Shown here: in pieces, positions 1-10,643 of the stretch
Layout of the letters: the number at the start of each line of letters is the position of its first letter
Position numbering within the stretch: position 1 is the stretch's first letter
Source: an uncultured Gemmatimonadales bacterium
Lineage (GTDB): Bacteria > Gemmatimonadota > Gemmatimonadetes > Gemmatimonadales > GWC2-71-9
Length of the DNA stretch: 64,000 bases
Direction of reading: 5' to 3'
NCBI GenBank assembly: GCA_963821525.1
Contig: CAWGED010000005.1
Span: forward strand, 896,001 to 960,000
Notes under the pieces: generated by a model
Database searches by the model: none
Told to the model about the DNA's origin: nothing
Seen by the model: the letters and a program-made list of their open reading frames with translations, nothing else
Made by a program: the position numbers and the translations under genes

Positions 1-614
1 GGGGCAGGAGCCCGCCGCGGACGGTCCGCTCGATCTCTTGCCCACCGAATGGGAAGTCCTCTCAATCGTGGACGGGAACCGCACCATTCGAGACGTCGCG
101 GCGACACTGGGCCGCTCCGAGTTCGACGTGGCCAAAACGGTCTTCGGCCTGGCCTCCGCCGGGACTCCTCATGCTGGAGGATCCGTCCCGCCGCGCTATT
201 GAAGAAACCTCGGACGGCGACCTCGCGATGCTCATCGGCGAAGCGGACTCCCACATGGATCAGCAAGACGCCGACGCGGCAGTAGCCGTCGCGGAAGTGG
301 CGGTGAGTCGCCATCCCGATCAGCCTCTGGCGTACCTCGCGTACGGGCGCGCGCTGCTCACGGCCCAGCGCTACGCCGAGGCCACCGATGCGCTGTGGTA
401 TGCCGTCGAACTGGATCCGCTATCCACTCCAGGCACCGCCTGCTCGGGCTTGAGTCTGATTGCGATGGGCCGCTTCCAGGAGGCCTCGGAGGTGTGGGAC
501 CGTTGGCGCCGGCTGGGGCCGATGGCGCCGCGAGGAGTCCGCTCAGCTGCCCGCGGTAGACCGCCTGCGGCAGGCCGCGCTCACGATCGACAACGCACTG
601 CGAGGTTCCCGTGA
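1..614 (+). CDS. 5'-partial DUF4388-associated winged-helix + TPR protein (frameshifted)
   Basis: Frame from nt 2 reads LDLLPTEWEVLSIVDGNRTIRDVAATLGRSEFDVAKTVFGLASAG, resembling the LIDGQRDVQDLIEESGLVEFEVGKALYGLVTAG segment of the 4888 protein. It continues into the TPR-like ORF 171-614 (PLAYLAYGRALLTAQRYAEA). Confidence 0.7.
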   Translation, partial: GRSPPRTVRSISCPPNGKSSQSWTGTAPFETSRRHWAAPSSTWPKRSSAWPPPGLLMLEDPSRRAIEETSDGDLAMLIGEADSHMDQQDADAAVAVAEVAVSRHPDQPLAYLAYGRALLTAQRYAEATDALWYAVELDPLSTPGTACSGLSLIAMGRFQEASEVWDRWRRLGPMAPRGVRSAARGRPPAAGRAHDRQRTARFP

Positions 615-1439
615 TTGAAGACATCCGGGCCCTCACCGCCCAATTGGCGGCGGACCCGACCAGTCTGGTCTTTCTTCGCCTGGGCGAAGCGCTCCGGGGG
701 CGAGGGCCAGCTCGAGGCGGCGCAGAAGGTGGCGCTGACCGGGCTCAGCCGTTACCCGCACCTGCCCGACGCTCACGATCTCTACGCCCGCATCCTCGCC
801 GACCGGCAGGACTACGCCAATGCGTTCGACGAGTGGGACATGGTCCTCCGCATCGCGCCCAACCACGTCGGCGCGAACAAGGGCATCGGCTTCCTCTACT
901 ACCGGGCCGGCGATCGGGAGAATGCCATCCGGCATCTCCAGCTGGCTCTGTCGGCCGACCCCGGCGATGACGGGCTGCGTACCGCGATCGACCGGCTGGG
1001 TGGAGGCGGTGAGGTATGGGATGCCCCTGAAGCGGCGCCACCGGAGATTACCGAGCCCCTGCCACAGCGCAGTCCGCCTGCTCCCGATCCCTTCTTCGGC
1101 TTCGAAGGCAGTGTGAACCGGCTGCTCCTCGCGAGCGCGGATGGCCTGAGGCTGGGCGGCGGACTCGCCAGCACTGCCGGCGAGGATGTGAGCGAGGTCG
1201 CCGCGGCACTCGTATCCGGCGCCGCGCGCGAAGCGACCCGGGCGGCGAAGCTGCTCGACCTCGGCGAATGGCGCCACGTCACCGTCGAATGCGGAGAGCT
1301 GAGCTTCTGCCTGGTCCAGCCGACGTCGGATACCGGGCTGATCGCGGCGATGGACACGGCGCTTCCCGTCGGCCAGCTCCACTTCCTCGCCGAGCGGGCC
1401 AGCAAGGCCGCGACCTCCTGGCTGGAGCGGGTGCGATGA
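611..1439 (+). CDS. TPR + C-terminal Roadblock/LC7 domain protein (frameshift near 700)
   Basis: N-terminus IEDIRALTAQLAADPTSLVFLRLGEALR, then TPR helices, then Roadblock-like LLLASADGLRLGG...AAALVSGAAREATRAAKLLDLGEWRHVTVEC. Confidence 0.75.
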
Positions 1440-1788
1440 TGCGCGACTACAAGGCCCTGCTCGAGCCGCTCACCCGGCTGCGTGGTGTGCGTGGCGCCAT
1501 GGTCGTCGCGGCCGATGACGGTGTCGTCGTGGTGGACGCGTTGATGGATGGCATGAAAGGCAAGGCTCTCGCGGCCCTCGCTGCGGCCCTCGCCAGCCGG
1601 ATCGTGGATCTCGAGCTACCAGGGCCTCGTTCGGCCCCGCCAGGTTCATCCAGCTGCAGGCGGCGGAAGGCAGCCTGCTGCTGGTCCCCGCGTCGGAGGA
1701 GCTGCTCCTGGTGACGGTGACCGGCCGTGATGTCCCGCTGGGACTCACCCGGCTCGAGATGCTCAAGGCCGCGGAGCGAATGCGCTGA
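1436..1788 (+). CDS. Roadblock/LC7 domain protein (frameshifted)
   Basis: GVRGAMVVAADDGVVV...ALAALAAAL and C-terminal PLGLTRLEMLKAAERMR, typical Roadblock pattern. ATGA overlap with the upstream gene. Confidence 0.75.
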
Positions 1789-2250
1789 TGCGGGCCTTGG
1801 AACCCTGGGTAGTCCGGCCACTTGCAGGACTTCGTGTCGGAATCATCCGCGCGATTGACCCTGCTCATGACGACGTCCGGCCAGGTGGTGGCGCAACACG
1901 GATTCACCGGAGCGCTCGACCTGATGTCGGCGGCGGCGCTGGGGGCTGCCATCATCTCGTCGTCGAGCGAAATCGCCCGGGTCATGGATTGGCCGCCCTT
2001 CCGGAATCTGGTGCATCAGGGCCAGCGGCAGGCGCATTATCTGGCCTGGTTCGACACTCCCAGAGGGCGCTGGATTGCGTTCGTGGTCTTCGGCACGGAA
2101 ACCAATCTGGGCCTGGTGCAAGTCTTCTTCGAGCAAATGGTGGAAGAGCTTGCGGCCGCTGCTCCGGTAGAGTCGGCCCCCAAGGAAGTGCTTGCTGTGG
2201 ATTTCGAGCGGGAACTCAACGCGAGCCTGCGGGCTCTTTTCGGACGCTAG
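1788..2250 (+). CDS. MglB-like Roadblock protein (putative GAP for MglA)
   Basis: LLMTTSGQVVAQHG...SAAALGAA...LVHQG...VVFGTETNLGLV resembles MglB. Lies immediately upstream of mglA. Confidence 0.75.
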
Positions 2251-2256
2251 GATTTC

Positions 2257-2859
2257 ATGTCGCTGGTCAACTTCACGACGCGTGAGATCACCTGCAAGAT
2301 CGTCTACTACGGACCGGGGCGGTCCGGGAAGACGACCAACTTGCAGTACATCTACGGCCGGGTTCCCGACTCGCGCCGGGGCCGCATGGTTTCTCTCGCG
2401 ACCCAGACCGACCGTACTCTCTTCTTCGATTTCCTGCCCCTCGACCTCGGCGTCATCTCCGGGTTCACAACCCGGTTCCAGCTCTATACCGTCCCGGGAC
2501 AGGTCTACTACAATGCCACGCGGAAGCTGGTGCTCCAGGGGACCGACGGTGTGGTCTTCGTGGCGGACAGCCAGGCCCGGCGATTGGACGACAATCTGGA
2601 GAGCCTGCAGAATCTGCAGGCCAACCTGCTGGCGCAGGGAGTGGAGGTGCGCCAGTTCCCCATGGTGCTCCAGTACAACAAGCAGGACCTGCCGCAGGAC
2701 CTGGTCCTCACGTCGAGCGATATGGACGAATCGCTCAATTTCTTCGGGTTGAAGAGCTTCCCCGCCGATGCGGTGCGCGGGACAGGAGTGTTCGAGACCC
2801 TGAAGGGGATTTCAGAGCTGGTGCTCAAGCGCCTGGCCGCAGGGAGTTCGGTGACGTGA
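2257..2859 (+). CDS. mglA: MglA small Ras-like GTPase
   Basis: [21 protein letters not shown] (G1), [16 protein letters not shown] (G3), NKQD (G4). Confidence 0.95.
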   Translation: MSLVNFTTREITCKIVYYGPGRSGKTTNLQYIYGRVPDSRRGRMVSLATQTDRTLFFDFLPLDLGVISGFTTRFQLYTVPGQVYYNATRKLVLQGTDGVVFVADSQARRLDDNLESLQNLQANLLAQGVEVRQFPMVLQYNKQDLPQDLVLTSSDMDESLNFFGLKSFPADAVRGTGVFETLKGISELVLKRLAAGSSVT

Positions 2860-4888
2860 GTACTCCGCTGAACCCGCGGTACCGCTTCGACAACTACGTT
2901 GTGGGCGCAGCGAACAAGCTTGCCGCGACCGCCGCCCGCGCCGTGGCCGAGTCCCGGGCGCGGTCTACAACCCGCTCTTCGTCTACGCCGGATCCGGGTT
3001 GGGCAAGACCCACCTGCTGATGGCGATCGGGCACGCCGCCGCAGGAAATCAATCCGCAGGTGACGGTCGAGTATCTCACCCTCGACGACTTCGTCGAAGC
3101 CTTCCATACGGCCATCGCCGCAGGACAGGGAGACGCCTACCGCCGCCGCTACACCGAAGTCGGCGTGCTGCTGGTGGACGATGTGCAGTTCCTCACTCAC
3201 CGGCGCGAAATGCAGGCGGAGCTGCTCCGCCTCACCAACACGATGCTGTCCTCCGGCCGGCAAATCGTGCTCTCGAGCGATCGCCCGCCCAACGAGATCG
3301 AGGCGCTGGATGAGCGCCTGATCCAGCGTTTCGCCGGCGGGCTCGTGATCGACATCTCCGCACCCGATTTCGAAACCCGGGTCGCCATTCTTCGGAGACA
3401 GGCGGAGGAGCGCAAGGCGCAGGTTGACGCCAGCGTGATCGAGACCGTCGCACAACTGCCGCTCGGCAGCGTGCGGGAGCTGATCGGCGCTCTGAACCGG
3501 TTGATCGCGTTCCAGGCGGTGAGCGACAAGCCGCTGGACCCGCAGCAGGCCAGGGCAGTGCTGGGTCGAGTTGGTGTCGTGAAGCAGCCGAGTCCTGCTG
3601 CCGCGGAGGGACCTCCGAGTCCCGCTCAATCATGCCAGCCTGGAGAGTCACCTTCCCCTCGAACCGGAAGCCGTTCCGCCGCCCGAGGAGGAACCGGTGC
3701 TCTCGGGCGATGAGTTCGGCTCGTTCCTCTCCGAGATTCAGTCCGCGGTGGCGCGACAGGTCGAGCCGTGGCGGGTGAGGGTCAACGAGGCGATCCTCTT
3801 CTGGGACGGCGAAGGCTACCGGGTAGACCGGCTGCGCCAGATTCTTGGCCGAGGCATCGCCGGAGAACCCGGAAGCGGCGCTTGGCGCCTACATCGAAGA
3901 CATCGAGCGGCTCAAGCTGCTGCAGGCCGAGATGCAGGAGCTCGATCCCAGCGCCGCGGGCACCGCGCTGTTTCGCGATCCGGACCGGCTCTCCGAAGCA
4001 CTCACCGAAACCGATCGAGCACGCCAGGGCGCGAGCCCTCCGCCGGGACCCTCGCCGCTCTGGACGATGGAATCGTTCATCGAGTCGGCGGGCAACCGGA
4101 TGTCGGTCCGCTCGGCTCAGGCTGTCGTCGCCGAACCCGGAGCGACTTACAACCCGCTGGTAATCACCGGTAGCAGCGGAGTGGGGAAGACCCACCTGCT
4201 GCATGCGATCGGCAATGCCCTCGCCGCCAAGCCCAGGGAAGTCGTCGCCTGCCTCGGCACCCAGGACTTCGTCGATGATCTCATCAAGGCCATCGACAAA
4301 GACCGGGTGAACTGGTGGCGGATCCGCTATCGCCGCATCACCGCGCTGCTCCTCGACGACATCCACCTGTTGTCGGGGAAGGAGCGCTCGCAGGAAGAGT
4401 TGTTCTGGCTCTTCAATCTCCTGCACGAGGGCGGCAAGCAGATGGTCTTCACCTCGGCCCTGCCGCTGCAGGAGATCGAGGGCCTCGAACCACGTCTGCA
4501 GACCAGGCTGAACGGTGGGCTGGTGCTGGAACTCCCCGCGCCCGATCGGGAAGTCCGGGCCGCGATCATCGCCCGTCTGCTCGTCGAGCGAAAGCTGCCC
4601 GCCGACCAGGAGCTGGCGGACTATCTGGCGGGCAGGCCCGCCGACTCGGTGCGTAGTCTGCCCGAGATGCTCCAGCGGGTGCTGCACGAGGCGGATGAGC
4701 GTCACGGCAAGGTGAGTGCCGCCCTCGCGCGTGAAGTGCTGGAGGGCAGTCCTGCTGCCCCGTTGCGGCGCAGCACCGGCTATCGCACCAGCGGCGTGCT
4801 GTCGCCCACGGCGGGGCTCCGCAGCCGGGAGAAGATGGTGTGGGACTGGCCATCGCTGACCGATCGTGTGATTGAGGATCTGCGCTGA
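2856..4888 (+). CDS. DnaA/Hda-family protein with two tandem AAA+ domains (several frameshifts)
   Basis: Domain 1: [19 protein letters not shown]...[18 protein letters not shown]...LLVDDVQFL...SDRPP...RLIQRF...SVRELIGAL. Domain 2: [22 protein letters not shown]...LLLDDIHLL...RLQTRL...SVRSL. No DnaA domain IV is visible. Joining the pieces into one gene is an inference. Confidence 0.8.
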
Positions 4889-6505
4889 TGGCCATCAAGG
4901 GCAGCCTCAAAGAGGCGAGTCTCCCGGACGTTCTTCAGCTCCTCGCGCTGGGGAAGAAGAGTGGCTGCCTGGCCGTGGCTGACCGGCAGAACTTCGGCTA
5001 CGTGTATTTCGACGAGGGACGGATCTGCTACGCGTCCATCGTGAACCGGCGCGACCGGATCGGCGACCTCCTGGTGAAGAACGGGCGGGTCAGTCCGGAG
5101 CAGCTGGAGCAGGCGATCGCGCTGCAGGAGCAACGCGCGGGACAGCAAGCTGGGCGAGTTGCTGGTTGAAATCAGCGCGGTGACGCGAAAAGACCTCGAA
5201 GACTACATGCGGATCCAGATCGAGGAGGCGGTCTACTATCTCTTCACCTGGACCCAGGGGACTTTCAACTTCGAGGCCGGCATGCGGCCGGATCAGGACT
5301 TCCTGGTCCGGATCAACCCCGAGTCGCTGCTCCTCGAGGGCGCGCGCCGGGTCGACGAGTGGAGTCTCATCGAAAAGAAGATCCCCAGCTTCGACCTCAT
5401 CTTCGCCGTCGATCGGGAGCACGTCTCCGACACTGACGTGGAGCTCGAACAGGCACAGGAACGCCTCCTCGGTCTCATCGACGGGCAGCGCGACGTGCAG
5501 GATCTGATCGAGGAGTCGGGCCTGGTCGAGTTCGAGGTGGGCAAGGCACTGTACGGCCTGGTGACGGCGGGATTCGTGCGTCGGGTGGGAACTTCGGCGA
5601 CTCCGGCGCAGCCCCAGGTGAACGAGACCCGGGTCGAGGAGCACCGGAACCTCGGCGTCGCCTTTTACAAGACCGGCATGCTCGAAGAGGCCTCGCGGGA
5701 ATTCCGCAGAGTCGCCGATCTGCGCGCCGCCGACCCCAGCGCTCCGTTCTACCTCGGCCTCATCGCGCTGCGTCAGGCTCGGTGGGAAGACGCGGTCGAA
5801 GCGCTGACGGCGACGCTTGAGAAGGCCGGCTCTCGGCCCGCCGTGCTCTACAACCTGGCCTTTGCTCTCGAGCAGCTCGGCCGGTTGCCCGAGGCGGAGA
5901 CCGCGTACGCCGACGCGGTGAGCAAGTCGCGCGACGATGCCCGGCTGATGCTGGGATGGGGAGTCGTGGCGCTCAAGCGTAACGATTCGGAAGTCGCCAC
6001 CAACCGTCTGGCCCGGGCTCGAGAGCTCTGGGGTGAACGCCCCGTTCCGCCTACCTGGTATTGGGCGATGGCGCTCGCCCTCGCGGGCCAGGCCGATCTC
6101 AACGAAGCGCTCAAGATCGCGAAAGAAGGCGTCGCCGCGTTCCCCTCGGACGCCGTGCTCCGCAACAACCTCGCGGTCCTCCTGGAAATGAGCGGGGATT
6201 TGCCCGGCGCCGAAATGCTTCTGCGCGGGGCCTTGTCCGAGGACCCGACGCTTCCGCAGATCTCGAAGAACCTGGGCGACTTGTTCTACCGTGCGGGCCG
6301 CTACGACGACGCGTTCGAAGCCTACGAGCGCGCCGCCAAGCTGAGCCCCGAGTTGGGCGACGACCTGTACTTCAAGCTGGGCAACATCGCCTTCAAGCGA
6401 CGCGACCGGGAGCGTGCCCGGGTCTGCTGGCAGCGGGTGACCGAGCTCAATCCGGCCCATCAGCTCGCGCGGGCCAACCTCGACACTCTGGAAACCAGCG
6501 CGTGA
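4888..6505 (+). CDS. DUF4388 (PATAN) + MshEN-like + TPR protein (frameshift ~5140)
   Basis: [28 protein letters not shown]...YFDEGRI (DUF4388), RIGDLLVKNGRVSPEQLEQAIALQ, ESLLLEGARRVDEW, multiple TPRs. Confidence 0.85.
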
Positions 6506-7326
6506 CCGCAGAGCAGGATGCCGCTTTCACCGCTCTTGCGCAGCGCATCGCGGGGCGGGCCGGACTCGACGTCGGAGCTTACAAGGATCGCTGCCTCCGG
6601 CGCCGGATCGCCGTTCGCATGCGCGCCTGCGGCGTCCACACCTACTCGGACTATCTCGGCGAGCTCGACCGGCGTCCCGATGAGATCGACCGGCTCCTCG
6701 ATACCATCACCATCAACGTCACCAAGTTCTACCGCAACCCGGAGACCTGGTCCTGGCTCGAGCGAAACCTGCTGCAGGCGCTGGTCTCCGCCCGGCGGGG
6801 ACGGGTACGGGTCTGGAGCGCAGGCTGCGCTTCGGGTGAGGAACCCTATACCATCGCGATGGTGCTCGCTCAGGCCTGCGCCGCAGCCGGTCGCGAGGAC
6901 TGGATCGACGATGTCCGGATCGATGCTACCGATATCGACCGGGAGTCTCTCGACCGGGCGCGCGCCGCCCGGTACCACGAGCGGGTCTTCAGCGAGACGC
7001 CGCCTGCCTTGGTGAAGCGATACTGCCGTCAGATCGCGCCCGAAGAGTTCGAAGTGGATTCCCGTCTTCGTGCCGTCGTCGAGATCCGCCGGCTGGACCT
7101 GCTGCGGGAGTCCCCCGCCTCGCCCCAGTACGATCTCATCTTTTGCCGCAACGTGGTCATCTATTTCGATCGCCGGACCCAGGAACGTCTGATGGGCACC
7201 TTCTTCGACGCCCTGGTTCCCGGTGGCCACCTGATTCTGGGGAAAGTGGAGACCATCTTCGGACCGATCCGCGACCAGATCACTCTGCTCGAGCCTCGTG
7301 AACGCGTCTACCGGAAGCCGGTCTAG
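6502..7326 (+). CDS. cheR: Chemotaxis protein-glutamate O-methyltransferase
   Basis: TINVTKFYRN, RVWSAGCASGEEPYTIA, ATDID, DLIFCRNVVIYFD. Confidence 0.93.
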   Translation: MTAEQDAAFTALAQRIAGRAGLDVGAYKDRCLRRRIAVRMRACGVHTYSDYLGELDRRPDEIDRLLDTITINVTKFYRNPETWSWLERNLLQALVSARRGRVRVWSAGCASGEEPYTIAMVLAQACAAAGREDWIDDVRIDATDIDRESLDRARAARYHERVFSETPPALVKRYCRQIAPEEFEVDSRLRAVVEIRRLDLLRESPASPQYDLIFCRNVVIYFDRRTQERLMGTFFDALVPGGHLILGKVETIFGPIRDQITLLEPRERVYRKPV

Positions 7327-7806
7327 ATGGCGGGCGAGCAGATGGTGCGGGTTGCCGAGATCAAGGCCGCTACGGGAGACCAGATCCTGTGTACCCTCGG
7401 GCTGGGCAGTTGCGTCGGCATCGCCCTCTACGATTCGACCGCCCGGGTCGGCGGGCTCGCGCACATTCTTCTTCCTTCGCTCTCGCTGAGCCGTAACAGT
7501 CAGGCTCCAGGCCGGTTCCCGCAGTCTGCAGTGCCCGCACTCATCGCGGAGATGTCGGCGCTTGGTGCCGATCGGCGCCGACTCTTTGCGCGCCTGGTGG
7601 GAGGGGCGAGCATGTTCGCCAACCTCAACGCGCCCGGCTCCATCCAGATGGGCGACCGCAACGTCGTGGCGTGTCGCGAGGTGCTGAGCGCCCACGGCAT
7701 TCCGGTTGTGGCCGAGGCGGTGGGCGGAGGGCCAGGGGCGTTCGATGTGGTTTCACACCGCCGATGGGAAAATCGAGGTGCGTTCGGTCGGGAGCCCGGT
7801 CTATGA
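7327..7806 (+). CDS. cheD: Chemoreceptor glutamine deamidase
   Basis: TLGLGSCVGIALYD...GGLAHILLP...LVGGASMF...GDRNV. C-terminus probably frameshifted. Confidence 0.9.
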   Translation: MAGEQMVRVAEIKAATGDQILCTLGLGSCVGIALYDSTARVGGLAHILLPSLSLSRNSQAPGRFPQSAVPALIAEMSALGADRRRLFARLVGGASMFANLNAPGSIQMGDRNVVACREVLSAHGIPVVAEAVGGGPGAFDVVSHRRWENRGAFGREPGL

Positions 7807-8872
7807 GCTTTGACCTGCCCTCGGTCCTGGTGGTGGATGACAGCGCGTTCTTCCGGCGCATGATCTCCGAGATCGTCGCCGGTTCCGGCGCAGTTCCGCG
7901 TGGTGGGCACCGCGGCCAATGGAATGGAAGCGGTGCAGAAAGTCCACGAGCTTCACCCCGATCTGGTCACGATGGATCTGGAGATGCCTCAGCTCGACGG
8001 ACTCGGCGCGATCGGGTACATCATGTCGGAAGCCCCACGGCCCATCGTGGTCGTGAGCTCGCACGCGGGCGCCGGCACGTACCGGCTCGATCCGGGCTCT
8101 CGAGCTCGGTGCCGTCGAATTGGTGGCGAAGGAGGACGAGCAGGGCAGGGCGTCGGCGTTGCGAATCGCCCCCCGGCTGCTCGACGCGCTGCGTGCCGCT
8201 CGCGCGGCCGATATCGGGCGCCTGCCGGTTCTCGCCCGGCCGGCTACGGGTCGAGGGGCGGGCTCACGTCAGGGCGCCCAACGAGGCGCGCCGCACGCTC
8301 GCCATTGCCGCCTCAACCGGCGGCCCTCGGGCTCTGGCCGAATTGTTGCCCCAGATTGACCACCGGACAGGAAGCGGCGGTGCTGATTGTGCAACACATG
8401 CCGCGGGGATTCACCCGAAGCCTTGCCGAGCGGCTGGACTCGCAAAGCCGGCTCGCGGTGGTCGAGGCGGAGCAGGACGCTCCCGTTCGCGCCGATACCG
8501 CATACGTGGCTCCCGGCGATTATCATATGCGAATAACCTCCACCGCGACCGGCCTCAGAATCGTTCTCGATCAGGGGCCGACAATCTGGGGAGTTCGCCC
8601 GGCGGCTGATCCGCTGTTCTATTCGGTCGCCGAGTGTTTCGGTGCGGCCGCGGTCGGCGTGGTGCTGACCGGGCTGGGACGGGATGGAGCAGCCGGACTT
8701 CGTGCAATGCACGATGCCGGCGGCATCGGCATCGCGCAGGATCGGGAAACCGCCACGATTTACGGGATGCCCGGCGCCGCCCTGGCCGGCGGAGGAGCCG
8801 ACTACGTTCTTGGGCTCGGTCAGATCGCGGAGCACGCGAACCAGGATTCTCCGAGAAAGGCCGCGGCGGTGA
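7803..8872 (+). CDS. cheB: Chemotaxis response regulator/methylesterase (frameshifted)
   Basis: Receiver VLVVDDSAFFRR...VTMDLEMP. Esterase motifs ASTGG, VQHMP and LTGLGRDG. Stop inferred at TGA 8870-8872. Confidence 0.9.
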
Positions 8873-9298
8873 AGCAAGCATTGCTCCTGGTCTCTGCCGG
8901 AGGGCGGCAACTCGCCTTCCGGATGGCCGACGTGATCGAGGTGCAGGAGGGTGGAGAGGTGCACCGGGTTCCTGCCGGCGCTCCTGCGCTCGCGCGGAGT
9001 CACCACGGTTCGGGGCCGGTTGGTGCCGCAGGTGCACCTCGGCGCGTTGCTCGACCAGGGTACCTATCCCCCGGAACCCTGTGCGACCGTCGTCGTGGCG
9101 ACCACCGACACCGGTTTGGTCGCGTTCGAAGTGGATGACGCGGACGCGCACCCCGAGATCGAGATTCTTCCGGCTCCGGAAGACGAGAGACTCTCGTGGG
9201 TAAGTGGGGTGCTGCGTCAGCAAGAAAGGTGGGTGCCCGTCTTGAATCTGACAGTCCTGGAGGAACGGCTGCGGACCAGCGAGGTAAGCCACGCATGA
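8869..9298 (+). CDS. cheW: CheW-like adaptor (frameshifted)
   Basis: GGRQLAFRMADVIEV...RGVTTVRGRLVPQVHLGALL...VAFEVD. Confidence 0.75.
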
Positions 9299-9755
9299 CC
9301 GACGACGAACTGCAATTCGTGATCTTTCAGGTCGGTTCCCAGGCTCTGGCGCTCAGCATCTTTCAGGTCGAGCGCATTCTTCGCTGGGAGCAGCCCGCGG
9401 CGTTGCCCAACGCCCCGGCGTTCCTCGAGGGCGTGCTGCCCTACGGCGACGGCGTGGTCGCCGTGGTGGATCTCCGCAAGCGCCTCGACGCTACCGGCGA
9501 CGCAGCAGGAGGAAACCCGGGTCATGGTGCTGGAGCTGGAAGATCAGCGGGTCGGCATCGTCGTCGATGCGGTGCAGCGAGGTGGTCAGGGTCGATGCGC
9601 GTACCATCACCCCGCCGCCGCCCATGGTGCGGGGCCTGGCCGCCAAGTACATCACCGGCATCCTCAGCCAGCCGGACCGGACGGTCGTTGTGCTCAACGC
9701 GGGCAAGCTCCTCAACTCGAAGGAACGGCTCGCCCTGACCGGAGCGTTGGCCTGA
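9295..9755 (+). CDS. cheW: CheW adaptor (frameshifted)
   Basis: LQFVIFQVGSQALALSIFQVERILR...LPNAPAFLEGV...VVDLRKRL...VGIVVDAV. Confidence 0.85.
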
Positions 9756-9759
9756 GCTC

Positions 9760-10632
9760 ATGACCGATTCGCTGATTGCGACGCTGCGCAGCCAGTTCCA
9801 GGCGATCTCGCTCCGGCTCGACCAGGCCGGCTCCAATGCGGAGCGAGAGGCGGCCAAGCGGGAAATCATCGCCTACTTCAAGAAGGTGGATTCCACACTG
9901 GGCGAGCTCACCCAGTTGAAGGAAGACATCCGCGGACTGGTTGACCGCTACAAGCAGCTCCAGGCGTCGACCGATACCGCCCAGGCGCCGCAGTTCACCG
10001 GCGCCCGGCCGATGGTGCATGCCGACCACATCGGCGCCTCGACCTTCATCGAAAAGGGATGGAGCCTCATCTCCCTCGGTGATTACGCCGGGGCGATTCA
10101 GTCGCTCGACAAGGCGCTCCAGCTTTCACCGGCGGATGTCCAGGCCCAGTCGCTGCTCGGCTGGGCCCAGATGCTCCACGAGGATTACGACGACGCGCTG
10201 GCCACCTTCTCGAAAGTCTTGATGAAGGAGCCGGCGAATTCCCTGGCCCGCATCAACGTGGGCTACATCTGCCTCAAGAAGCGGATCTTCGGAGAGGCGA
10301 TCGAGCACCTGTCCAAGGCCATCCGGCTCGACAATGACCGGAAAGCCACGCTGTACGCCCACTACTATCTCGGGCTGGTCTACCTCGAGCGGGAGATGTT
10401 CGAGGACGCCCAGACCTTCTTTCAGAAGACCCTCAACCTCGGTCCCAATCTGATCGAGGCCTACTACGAGCTGGGCCGCGCTTCCTGGTTCATGGGAGAC
10501 AAGACCGCCGCTAGCGGCGCCTGGGAAGAGGGCTTCAAGGCCAACAAGTTCAATCCGTGGGGCAAACGCTGTAAGGAAATGCTCGATCTCGTCGCCTCCG
10601 GAGGAGAGCCGCCGCGCACGTCCTCCGCCTGA
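9760..10632 (+). CDS. N-terminal coiled-coil + TPR protein
   Basis: Intact 290-aa ORF with repeated TPR motifs (LGWAQML, VGYICL, LGLVYL). Confidence 0.85.
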   Translation: MTDSLIATLRSQFQAISLRLDQAGSNAEREAAKREIIAYFKKVDSTLGELTQLKEDIRGLVDRYKQLQASTDTAQAPQFTGARPMVHADHIGASTFIEKGWSLISLGDYAGAIQSLDKALQLSPADVQAQSLLGWAQMLHEDYDDALATFSKVLMKEPANSLARINVGYICLKKRIFGEAIEHLSKAIRLDNDRKATLYAHYYLGLVYLEREMFEDAQTFFQKTLNLGPNLIEAYYELGRASWFMGDKTAASGAWEEGFKANKFNPWGKRCKEMLDLVASGGEPPRTSSA

Positions 10633-10643
10633 TCTATCTGCTG

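Noticed and set aside
2856..4888. Canonical dnaA/oriC region
   Set aside because: No domain IV, no dnaN/recF/gyrB nearby, and no intergenic DnaA-box cluster noticed.
7900..9138. CheB-CheW fusion
   Set aside because: More simply explained by an indel near 8840, with a GTGA stop/start overlap at 8869-8872.
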